Shown: piece after piece, positions 12,904 to 24,985 of the stretch
Numbering within the stretch: position 1 is the first letter of the stretch
Layout: each line of letters begins with the position of its first letter
Source: Auanema rhodensis
Taxonomy: Eukaryota; Animalia; Nematoda
Assembly (NCBI GenBank): GCA_964057225.1
Contig: OZ059894.1
Span: forward strand, 17,918,001 to 17,982,000
DNA: 64,000 nucleotides
Direction: 5' to 3'
Position numbers and translations under genes: made by a program
The notes under the pieces: model-generated
Told to the model about the DNA's origin: nothing
Database searches by the model: none
Seen by the model: the letters and a program-made list of their open reading frames with translations, nothing else

Positions 12904-15900
12904 ATGGAATACATTGAAGACTGGGTTGAGCGAGCCTTATCGTGTTTTTACAAAGATAGTTACAAGAAAGATGAAAAAGAAGAAAAAAAGGTATCAAAGC
13001 TATATTACCTGGATCCTTTGGAATTACTCGATGAATCAAAGCTCAAATCAGACTTTGAAAAATTTGTGGTATGTTAACCATATATTTCAATAAATATAAT
13101 CAATGAAACCGATTTAGGAAGATCTGGGGTTAAGTGAAGAGAAACGGCAGGAATTGTTTGATTATCCTCGAGAAAAGAAAATTGCCTTATTAACGACTCA
13201 GCAGGTATGGTTATTGACTTTTTGAAAAAAAAAACTTCTATCTTTGTTTCTACATGTTCTCTTGTATTATCAGTATATCTGAATGTTGTTGCGTAATATC
13301 TCATTGAGTTGAATAGGCTTAAAAAGAATTTTTTGTTAAAAAACCCTTTTCCTTTTGAAATATTTTGAATTTTTCCACAAAAGTTAATGCAATCAAGGAT
13401 CAAGTTTTATATTTCAACATTTGAATAGACGATTACGACTTAAATCATGATAAAATAATCTAAAAGCAATCATGACTGTCAATATATTTACCTTAGCCGA
13501 CACAATAAGATGATCTCATATTTTCTATTGGAGTAGCATCAAATAATTGACCTCTTAAACTTCTTGATTGAATATCAATAAGCATTTCGCACGTTCTGTT
13601 TACATATCAAGTAAGATCACATCATCAACGACTTTTAATGATCTTCTTCAAGTTTGAATATCAAAAACATATTTCTCGGTTTTTCTTTTGGACATCATTT
13701 AACTTATTTCACAGCTCAAATATTATTTTTCCTCCAACTAAATAATAATTATGAATATATAATTACGTTGTCAATTTGAAAAATATATATATTAATTATT
13801 TATTTTTATTTTTGTTTATTTACTTCATTTTTAAAGGCACGCGCATCTGCTGATTGGAAGCCTTTAATCAACCTTCTAAAGCAGTTGAGTGACAACTTTA
13901 ACGTGGATTTGGATACGTTAGGTCAATTACAAAATCTTGTCATAACATTACGAACACAAGGAGAAAGGTAAGACATTTATATCTTATTTTCATATCTTTT
14001 CCATGAATTCAAAATATTCTGAAAGCATATGCATGTAGTTGTTGTATTGAAACTATTTGTGGTTAATACAATAATGCTTAAGAATGAGAAGAAGGTCAAA
14101 TGGATGATGCAAAACATATACAAATACAAATAATTGCTTTCGTTTTATCTATGCAATAATAAAATTTTCTTTGAAAATGCTTGAAAAGTTGTATCATTTC
14201 ACTTTTTCATTTTGAAACTTTCAAGCATATTAGTAACATATTATAATTTTATTTCAATTATAGCTTTATCTCCGAATTTCTATCCAGTTCTGGATTAGAA
14301 TTATTGACTATTAGCCTTGAATTGTGTCATTCAAAATCAGGACGAGAACCATACGCACTATTACTAATTTGTTCTTTCCGAGCTCTTCTCAATTCTACGG
14401 TAAGCTCTTTTAGTCTTTAAATAAAAACAACAATAACAACAACAACAACAACAAAAACAACCACAATAGTCAATTTTTTTCATTTTTATGTTCCTATTTC
14501 AATAGTATAGCATATTCGTTTTTGCATGCTTGTGTGTCACGTAAATGAGCCGTAATACATAGATTTCACTTAGCAAAATACAGCTTTTGCTAAATTGCAT
14601 ACCTCATGATAATAGGACAGGACTGAAATGTTACCATTTTGCCCCAATTCGTCACACTGTACTAATGAAGAAAGGAAAAGTTTTTCGAACAGATATTCTG
14701 CTCGTCTCGAACAATCTTCTTAAATCAGATAGTTTTTTGGTGGTCCGTATTGCTTTCGCTTCCCACAATTATTTGCCTAGCAGATCATCAGTCAGCTTCT
14801 ACTTGGATGGTCTGTCAGGCGATGATGACTTAGCCATCTGACCAAGCCCAGTTCCGGAGATTGTTGCAGTCATTGGCTGATCCGGCTTTTTTGCAACCAT
14901 TTACATCTTCCTTCTTTCCGTGTTCCGTTTTTGTTGTCCTTCACTTTCCAATGACATGCTCGCTGTCACTAATATGACTAATAGTCTCTCTTTTCATTTA
15001 TACTTTCAAAAGATATTTTCCAAAACTGAAGAAATTGAATATATAAGCATCCTTTTCATTAATCATAATTGTAATATTTCTATATTAAAATCTATTTATT
15101 CGTCAATTTTTAGTTATAAATCACATTGTCTTTACTATTCTGTCAGGAACCTTTTTACGATTTTCTTTTAATTTCCTATTTTAATGATGCATTCGCATGA
15201 GCATATTATATTCTATGAAGATAGACTTAAAAGAATTTTGGTTGAAAAGCAAAGCATCCAGACAGCAAATATCACAAAGCCTTTACTACATTTTCACAAG
15301 ACGGATCGTTTTCTAAAATAATATTATAACGAAAGTCTTTGTGAAGAAAGCTACAATATTCTATATATTCTATGTCACGCAACTATTCTTATAGATAGTT
15401 AAATAATCTATTCTTTACCTTCTTTTTCGGATCTTGCACATTCTTATTAATTATTTAAAAGAACAGATAGGTAACAAATAGCCTAACTATCGAATATCAC
15501 ATAAATTTGAAACAGCTGGATGTTCTGATTCAGTGTGACTACCGTGTAACACCCCTTTACTCCAATTACCATATTTGATGACTCACCAGTAGCAGTAAAG
15601 ACCAAAAGATTTTTTGATTATGTTTGTATTCTCTTGGCTCTTTCAATATATTTTTCACCTTTTTATCCATTTTCCAGGTATCAGCATTAAGCTGTAAAAA
15701 GTTTTTAGCATTTCTTACCATGAGTATGTTAAGATAATAATAAGAAATAAAAAATATAATTTATAATAAGTTTTATTTTTGTTTCAGATTGGACGACAAT
15801 CAGTTCTTCTGAATCGTGATGCTTTATTAATAATAGCCAGATCAATTTATTTCAACGATCCCAAGTGTAAGGTAAGGAATATAATACATTTCTTTCTTTT

Positions 15901-18900
15901 TTTCAAAAAGATCTTTCTATATGTGATATTTCAAATCTCCTCTTTTGAAACATCCATTTTTTTTTCTGTTCAAAACAAATTCCAGTTATGCATGTATCAG
16001 CTCAAACAGTTACTTTGCCATTCGTTTCCTTTTTTTAAAAATCTGAGACGAAACGTCATAACGCGTGTACTCAAGGAAGTCACGAAACGTATGATTGAAT
16101 GAAACTGTTTATAAAAAAATAAATTTTAAACAAATATTGATAGAAAAATTAAAGAAGAGGATGGTGGGGGGGGGGGAGCTACCAATATGTCTATTCAACT
16201 AGTCCCAAGCACATCATGTTTAGAGAAATATTTTGATATGTATACTACTTGTTTGATTTTCGCATACTTTCTTTTTGAATTGTATAGAGAGAGACATGTT
16301 CCTTGATGAAAACAACATGTTCGTATATTCTATTTAAAATGTTTTCTTTTCTTATTCAACTAGAAAGCTCAAATTAGCTTAAACACTGTATTTTCTATTG
16401 AACTGATACTTTTTGATTTTACCTGTTACTTTTACAATTTACTTTTAATTTTAACAACAAGCAACAATAAAATGGCTTGATATTATTGAGTCAACAACAT
16501 GTTACGTTCGGCATGTTTCTGTATTTGGTTTAAACTGGATATTTCTGATATCGTATTGTTGACTTTTTTCGCCATTTCGGTAGCTTCTTCTCTGAAGCGT
16601 TTTAAGGTTTTATCGCTAGTTCCGCGTCATCTTTTTTTGGTAACAACTTCTTTCAATTCCTCAACTATGATTTTTTTCATTGCAATTCGTGTTGCCAGTG
16701 CAGCAAGAATTGTTTTTTCCTTCGTTTGATTACAAAGTCAATTTTCTTCAAGCTTTAAGTAATGTATGTATAAAGTACTATTTCTTAATATATAGTTTAT
16801 ATAGTTAGAAGATTTATTTTTATCAAAAATAAATAAAAGTAATTGAAATGGAACAATGTTGAAGTTGAAAGATTCCTGATTCTCATAACGCTTCTTCTAA
16901 TCCGTTCAGGAATTCTACTAATTTATATAAACAAGCGAACGGTCAACTGACTTCTTTTCCATTCTCTAAAATACAATTATTCATTCTTTTCTCTTAATCT
17001 TTAAGTTATGTGCTGTAAATTTATTTATTTTAGATTATTGCTATTGAAATATTATCAGGACTTTGTTTTGTTGCTGACGAAGACGGCCACGGAAAAGTTC
17101 TTGAAGTGCTTAAGGAGGTAAATCATTTTATATTTTTTATCAACATGAGAACTCCTAACTCTTTAAGGTTTCGCCACTATTAGGAGAAAGAACACGTTTT
17201 CAACATTTGGTCAACGATTTACTTCGAAAGTTAGTGTTCGATCTAGTGTCTTTTGCTAAATAAAAACAAAAAATGATAGTAAACATTTGTTTTCCAGCTT
17301 CTCGTCCTATCGAGAATCAGACCGCGTACGTACAGCCGTCTTAAGTCTCATAAACGCCTTACTCAGCAACGGTATAGCCCAGGTTTGTTAGCTTAAAGTT
17401 TTATTAAAAAGTAGAAACATTAAGAAATTGATACAATATTTATTCTTTTTATGGTCAATTATTCTTCTAGAATATTAATAATCAGAATATAAATATGAGT
17501 TTTCTTAAAAACACCGATTCTTAGTTTAGTACACAACTAAGCTTTGCAATTTCATTAATCTCTTTGCAAATCAACTATTTCCTTTTCGACCCAATATACT
17601 AAATGGTTTTCTTTATAAATTCATCGTAACATGCATATATCATATTGTTAAAAGCTTTCATTTTCTAACTACATTCTGTAAAACATTAAGAATAATTTCA
17701 TTCTAGCTGTTCATATTTTGATTCAACACAAGCAAATGTGACTATTAATGTAGGCTTGCACGTAACATCTGTTCCCCTCAATTCTTCATATTACTCCAAT
17801 TTAAATTGAATCTCTTTACTTAATTAAATATTTATAATTTTTTAGCTCTTTATGAGTTAAAACCAATATAATCCTAATTTCAATTTTTATTTTTAATATT
17901 ACAAAAATTTTAGAATTCTGTTACATTCCGAGCACATTTGAGATTCGAACTTCTCATGCTTGGGATCGAAAAAGTTCTTGAAGCTATAAAGGATGATGCT
18001 TCATCGCGACTCGATGATCACATCGATTTATTCGAGATGATGAGAAAAGAAGATGAGATTGCATTATGGTTAGTACTTTTGATCATTTTTATTTATTATA
18101 TATGTGTGAACAAAAAGGTTATCATTATACATTTCAGCGGAAATTCAGAAGATTCAGGAGCATCATCTCCTGTTGACTTTGAGAGTGTGGTTGGAATGGC
18201 TGAAGCATTACATGAAAAACTATCTTCATCACTTGCTCTACCACATTTCATTTCTTTACTTCAGCATTTATTCATGGTTTTCTTAAAGATGTTAGTCTTG
18301 TAAATATTTAATTATGATATAGGTACCTTGTGATGAAAAGCATACACCATTATGGAAGCTTTTTGATCTAATTCTTCAGCAATTAACACTTCAATCAACA
18401 GTTCAAGGCATGACAGATGTATGCCATCCAATAACTAATAATATAGATATGAATGTTGTACTTTCAAGGTTAACTACTATTTTTAAATACTATTTCAATA
18501 TTTATATTCAAGACTTCAAACTCAATGTGATTATGAAAGAGTAGAGCAAGAAATGGATAAATTGAAAGAAGAGTTGGAGCAAGAACGAACGCGATGTATT
18601 GAATTAGAAAATAAATTGGCTGATTATCAAGATGGAAGATCGAGTATCTCTAGCAGGTAGTGTAGTTTTCCACATAGCAGTCTTAAGTAATTTTCTCTAC
18701 AGAATATCTACTATATCGTCATCTCCGTCTGATCCCTGTCCGTCACCTACTCCAAGCTTACCTCCGGTATGCCCACCCTGCGCTCCTCCTCCCCCACCTC
18801 CTCCAATTATGGGAATGAAGGCTGAAGTGAAAACAGAGGTTCCCTATATGACATAGTGGTATTTCATTAACTTTTTATATGCTTTATAGATTCAAAAGAA

Positions 18901-20740
18901 AGTTCCAACACCGCCAAATTCTCTAAAATCGTTAAATTGGAACAAATTGACCTCCGAAAAAATAAAAGGCTCACTTTGGGAATCCATCGAAGATGAAAAG
19001 TTATACAAACAGGTTAAATTCACAAAGCTCAAACCATTCTAATGATTCTATAATATAGATAGACTTACCTGAACTCTCAACCATCTTTGCCACCACTTCC
19101 TCTCATAAGGACGATGATACTGAGACTGTGGCCGGAACATTACGAAGAAATAGAGACACACAGGTTTTCAAAAAAGTTTAGTAAAAAAAAACTAAAAAAT
19201 TGTTTATTAAAGGTTTCTGTGATTGATTCACGACGGTATCAAAACTGTACAATTATGTTGTCAAAATTAAAACTGACTCATAAAGAAATTCGATCTGTTA
19301 TTATGGGCATGGATGAACATGGAAAACTACCGAAAGATATGCTTGAACAGGTTTTTAAATCTTCATATTTCTTTTACTGAACTCAATTGTATAGATGTTA
19401 AAATTTGTTCCAAGTAAAGAAGAAATATCTCTTCTCAATGAAACAGTAAATCGTTATAAAACACCAACAGTTTTAGCTTTAGCTGATAGGTATTTGTACG
19501 AAATTGCCCAGTAAGTTCAATAAGAAAATTAAGAATATATTTTTATTTTTACAGTATTCCTCGTTTCGAACAACGATTACGCTGTCTTCATCATATTCGA
19601 ACATTCAAAGATAGAGTTGAATACATATTGCCACATATCAACGGTAACATTACATTTCAATATTTTTATTTGAAAAACCCAATATTTCAGCTGTTATCAA
19701 AGCTTCTTCTTTACTGATTTCTAATAAACGATTCAAGCAATTGTTGTCATTGGTTTTAGCCATTGGCAATTACTTAAACTATGGTAAACGAAACGGAAAT
19801 GCTTATGGTAAGACTTTTAATATTGATTAAATTCTATATTCAAATGTTTTCTAAATTTAGGTTTTGATTTATATTCTTTGAATAGGATCTGTGATGTGAA
19901 ATATTCAACTAGATCTGATCGTAATTTGTTACATTACATAATTCAATGGATTGAGAGAAAATCACCAGATATTATGAGAATTAGAAAAGATCTTGCTATT
20001 ATTTTTGATGCTGCAAGGTTCAGGTACTTGAAATTTATATATAGCTTGATTTGAATATAATATTTACAGTCGTTCGGAAGTTTTAGCTGAAATTCGAAGT
20101 CTAGAACAAACAATATCTGCGGTAAAAGCCGAACTCATTCATTTAGAAACATATAGGCAACAAGAGTTACCAGAAGATATTAGTGATAAGAAGAAGGTTT
20201 TGATTTTTCTTTATTAACTTTCTTATTTCCTTTAAATTAGGATCGTTTCATCTCCGTAGCTAAACAATTTCTCTCGTCGTCAATGTCGGATTTTAATAAT
20301 TTAGAGAAAGCTCATAACGAGATGAAGTTAAAGGTATTTCCTATACCTCAAAAATCTTCTAACTAAATCCTTTTTAGTTTGCTGACTGTACTAAACTGTT
20401 TTGTTTTGACAATTCTGCTAGCCCTGAAGAGTTCTTCTCTGTTCTGGCTAAATTTTTCAACACCTTCTCAGAACACTGTCGCCAACATTGGATTCAGAAT
20501 GAAGAAAAGGAAAAAGAGAAGAGGCAGACTTTAGCACGAAGTTACTTTGCCAAAAAAAGTAAGTTGATTACTCAAAGCTATCAGTTTCATCTTGAATTTT
20601 CAGGTAAACGATCAGAAAAAGAACGTGATTTTGAGCAATTGATAAGTGCTCTTCAATCAGGAGACATTTTCAAGGAAGAACTTTGTAGGTTACGAACATC
20701 TTTCCGAATACCGAAAAGATCACGAACAGCGAAAGCATAA
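12904..20740 (+). CDS. daam-1: DAAM-family diaphanous-related formin (GBD/FH3, FH1, FH2, DAD)
   Basis: FH3 [13 protein letters not shown]; FH1 [15 protein letters not shown]; FH2 [49 protein letters not shown]; [18 protein letters not shown]; TAA 20738-20740; about 20 GT-AG introns. Confidence 0.92.
14427..14465. repeat. (AAC)n-rich tract in DAAM intron
   Basis: aacaacaataacaacaacaacaacaacaaaaacaacc. Confidence 0.8.
14799..14957 (-). pseudogene. Possible decayed coding fragment nested antisense in a DAAM intron
   Basis: One 53-codon frame [51 protein letters not shown] with a single internal TAA (14901-14903); GC-richer than the flanking intron. Confidence 0.3.
16483..16756 (-). pseudogene. 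Decayed coiled-coil-like coding fragment nested antisense in a DAAM intron
   Basis: Frame [88 protein letters not shown]; K/E-rich helical character continues across the in-frame TGA at 16627-16629. Confidence 0.45.
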
Positions 20741-21234
20741 AAGAAGTTTTGTACCAAAACGTTCATATTTATAATTATTCATATCATTCCTTTTACTCAG
20801 CATTATGACAGCTTTACTATTTTGTATATTTATAATCACGTGTTTTTTTTTGGAGTTCTTCAGACTCATTTTAGTATTGAGAAAACACTGTAAGATCTCG
20901 TTATTTCATTTGAAATACTTTTCTGTATTTATGTTCATAATCAAACAATAGCTCTTTGTTTGAGCTTAATAACGATACTCAATCTTTATATGTAATATAC
21001 ATACCGAGAGCTTCAATAAAACTTTTAATATTATGATTCTCTAGATATCACAGCCAACAGATAGTTTGAAATCCAAGAGCAACAAATGATTTGAGAAAAA
21101 AATTAAAAGTTAAGACCCGCCACTATTAGACAATCCAATACGACTTCTTCATGGATATTAAGAAAATATATGGAGCATGGCAATCTTAATTTTGAGCTCA
21201 GAGCAATCAACCAACACAGTTGTCATACGAGACT

Positions 21235-22614
21235 TTAAGCTCTACAAAAGGAATGTAATCCTAACATCTTAAAATATGATTACTTTATGATTGATATGAA
21301 GAAAGATTGTTTACCTCAATCCAAATTGAGACCTATCTCCAATATCAGTAAGTGCATTTTGATGACTTAATCCAATGGTTCCCACATAAAAAATTAATGG
21401 AAGAGGTACCAAAAACAGAGACATGAGATTGAAAGCAGATCCACTGAAATTAAAACACATGTTGTGAAGAATCATATCGCAAGTTGAAATTGGAATATAA
21501 TTAAATATTTACGAACCTTGGAATTGCTAGTGCAACGATGGCAAATGCAAGCAAACTCATATTAATACAAATCATAATAATATTGAAAGGGGAAGAGCAA
21601 ATCTTTTCTGAATATGTTCACATATTACTTTCAGAAATAATTATACCTTGACAAACCTATAATACCCTTTATTGACTTCTTTCCCGAAGAGGCCAAATGA
21701 ACAACGTTACAGCAAATACTGAATAGCATCACTATATACGGGAAAGTGTAATAAATAATCCCCGCCTGGAAGAGACATTTAAATGAAATAGTTTTTGAAA
21801 CAACTAAAACTTACAAATATTCCATGAGCCAACGCTATTTTTGGTAGCGTTAGTAAGGCATAGTAATATGAACGAGTATCTTTTCTCTTTTTAAAGACTA
21901 GCACAAATAATAAATTACGAAAGAAAACTATGCAAATGAGTAGAAACAGATAAAAAACAAACGGTAATGTGTATCTGAAAAAAGAAGAATCAATAATTGA
22001 AAGAGAAAGTAATCAATCTTACAAGGGATAAACCATCTCATGAGAGCATCTTAGAACTTTAGAATGTCTAATAACAGGATTATACAAGGCAGGATACCTG
22101 TTAAATAAATAATTACAAACTAATGTAACAAGACTACACTTACCATTCTTTGATATTTGATTGAGAACAACTCCAGATGTTCAATGAACCAAGAGGTGGA
22201 AAAATTAAAATTGTAAAACTACATGCAACAAGACATTCAACCCAACAGCATAATAATTCCAATAAAATAAATTTTTTCGGCCTAAATCATTAAATTATTA
22301 AAGACAAGTAAAGAGCTTATTACGTCTTTTTTGTAGAAAAATAATGCACAGAAAAGCAATGTAAAAATACAGGAAGAAGAAACACAAAAGCTACAAACAT
22401 CCAGTCGTAGAACGGTAAAGATGATCGACAAGGGATGCATTTTGATGATACAGATCGGCTTCCCCAACTACATGCCTACAAAAATTATTAATATTACATA
22501 TACTTAACTGAATGTCCAAACCATGCAATTAGACCATATATCTGTAGAATTTTCGATGGCGGATCGGCCACAGAATCCGGGGCATGCCGGTACCGTGTCG
22601 TGGACCGAGAGCAT
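21235..22614 (-). CDS. jamp-1: JNK1/MAPK8-associated membrane protein (JAMP/JKAMP), ERAD component
   Basis: CPGFCGR...ACSWG...CIPC...FYDWMFVAF; DWYPALYNP...RCSHEMVYPL; GGDYYYTFPYIVML; LVPLPLIFY, matching JKAMP hallmark motifs. Start codon assignment less certain. Confidence 0.9.
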
Positions 22615-23209
22615 ACGCAGAAGTTATACCCGCTATCTACTGCTGACATACCATCTATAAAGAAACATAAAAATAAAAAGCGTGAATTCCAAAGAGAAAT
22701 AAAAAAGTTGAACAAATCAATGAGCACGTCGAAAAAAAAATAAAGAAAGAAATAATTGTTATAACTGTTATAAGACAACAGTGAAGACATGATGGAAATT
22801 TTAAATGAATATCAGGCTTAAACAAATTTAATATACTGAAATAATACGAGCTTTTTATAACTTACTTGGTATATTCAAATTTAATGAAAAACTTCAGATA
22901 TATTTTAAATGAATTTCTTGATAACTTATACAAGTTATTTCTCACACGTTAATATACCTAAACGGTAATTATGGTTAAAATGAAGAAACAAAACTAGAAT
23001 AAAAATGAAATAGCTGGGAGAATAATAAAAAAAGGAAATGTATTTGAGAGATATCACTCGCAATTTCATAATACCGAATGATATAAAAATATTTATACAG
23101 CCCCGTATGATATAACGTGATAAAACTTGAAAAATTAATTAGCTTAATTGGTATAAAGTATGTAGCTGAATTTACCCATAGTCAAATGATAGTACTGAAA
23201 TGTTAACTA

Positions 23210-24768
23210 TCAAGGTTTTCTTTTTCTTACAGAATTCGAAATTGAAGTTTCAGTAAATGCTTTCGGCATTTCAAACTCTGTTAAATTAGAATTATTATTC
23301 CATCCCGGAAAGTTCTCCAAATCAGGACATTCCGGTAATTCATCAACATTATCCGGAATATATCTATGTTTCAGATGCATCTACATAAGATTGATGTATA
23401 TATATTTATAAATAAAGTATTTTGATAAACCTTCAGTGATTCGGAAGAATCGCTTCTACTCACAACCGGTTCACTAGTCACTACTACCTACAATATTTTT
23501 TTTAATTTTGGAAAGACTTTTCAATATTTACAGGTTCATTGGATCTAGAGACATAAACTCTTCGTCCCCAGTACAGAAAAATGAAAGCCACAGTTGCTGA
23601 AACAAAATTGATATTCAAATAAAGTGGAATTATATACCAAATAAGCTTATCATAAAAATTATTAAATAAGATATGATAGGCCAATTATACAAGATATGTC
23701 TGATAATACCAAACCGAGCATTGCTTACTAGTGTTGCGCTGTCAACCTAAATATCATTGATAGTAAAAATTTTAAAACTATTTTGAATGGAAAATTAAAT
23801 ATGTTATTTGCAAAAATATTAATTCACATGTCACTTGCGTACAGGGTTTGACGTGAAGATCACGTGGGCAGACATTTCTCATTTTAATAAAGACGTTTCG
23901 GTTGCATGTATTGTTATTTCCGATTCAAAGAAAATTACCTATACCTGGGGATAACGATCCTGCAGAGTATATGTCAATTTGTAAGGTTGGTTTGCATCGG
24001 CAATAACGAAATCATCAGTGAACAATATCTAGAACTATCATGGTTTTCAGAAATATATATTGCACAACCTCTAAAAACTGGTGATCATGGAAAAAGCCGG
24101 CAAAATACAAGGGGAAAAATGAAACCCACATAATCTGTGAATTTATATAGTTTTAAGAAGAGTAATTTGTTCAAACTTTGGTTAACAAGCTGGGTTGTTT
24201 CACATAAGCAGTTTTATACCATTCTCCCAAAATAGCGTCATTTTTATCATATATTGCCAATTTATTCTACAAAAATCTTTTGAATATTTCACTAAAATAG
24301 TATTCCTAAACCTGGAATAATCCCATTTTAGCATTGCTTTCGAGATCAGCAAAATTCAAACGAACTGTTAGAGAATAAGTTATCGAAGAAGAGAATAATT
24401 GAATCTATAAATTAATTTATGCTAATCAACTTTGTTCTCTTGATCTTACGTTTTGAGTATCAAGAGAAGCAGATGGATACGAACAAGCGCCATGCAGATC
24501 ATCCATACAAGGTGAGAAAACCAAATTCAATGGTTCTTCTCTTTGTATTGAGGAAGGCAGAATAACATGCCTGTTTATTAATACGGTAAACGATTGATAA
24601 ATATGAATCATACCTTATAATAAGAGGACATATAGAAGAAATAAAAAATGCAGCGAAAATTTGAAGAAATATTTGTATTAAAAGCCAAATCGAAGTTGGA
24701 TTTCTACACAGAGTGACAAGGTTTTTCCAATAATGATTGATTTCACTTCCAAGAAATCCGAAAATCAT
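23210..24768 (-). CDS. seip-1: Seipin (BSCL2) lipid-droplet assembly factor
   Basis: TM1, then PLNLVFSPCMDDLHGACSYPSASL; YSLTVRLNFADLESNAKMGLFQ; SATLVSNARFGIIRHILYNWP; TM2; basic C-terminus VRKRKP*. Confidence 0.9.
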
Positions 24769-24985
24769 AATTTCATCTAAAACATGAGTGATTTCAAACA
24801 AAAGGAGAAAATTGACCGATATTAAAAGCTAATTTTATTGAAGCATATAAACATAGTTATTTGCTTGAACAATTCAATAGCAGTCACTCTGATTAATTGG
24901 GAATAGAGCAGCAATATCGCAATAGAGCGTGGAGCAGAATATGGAAGTAGAACAATGGAAATACTTTATACATTTTTATTTTTAT

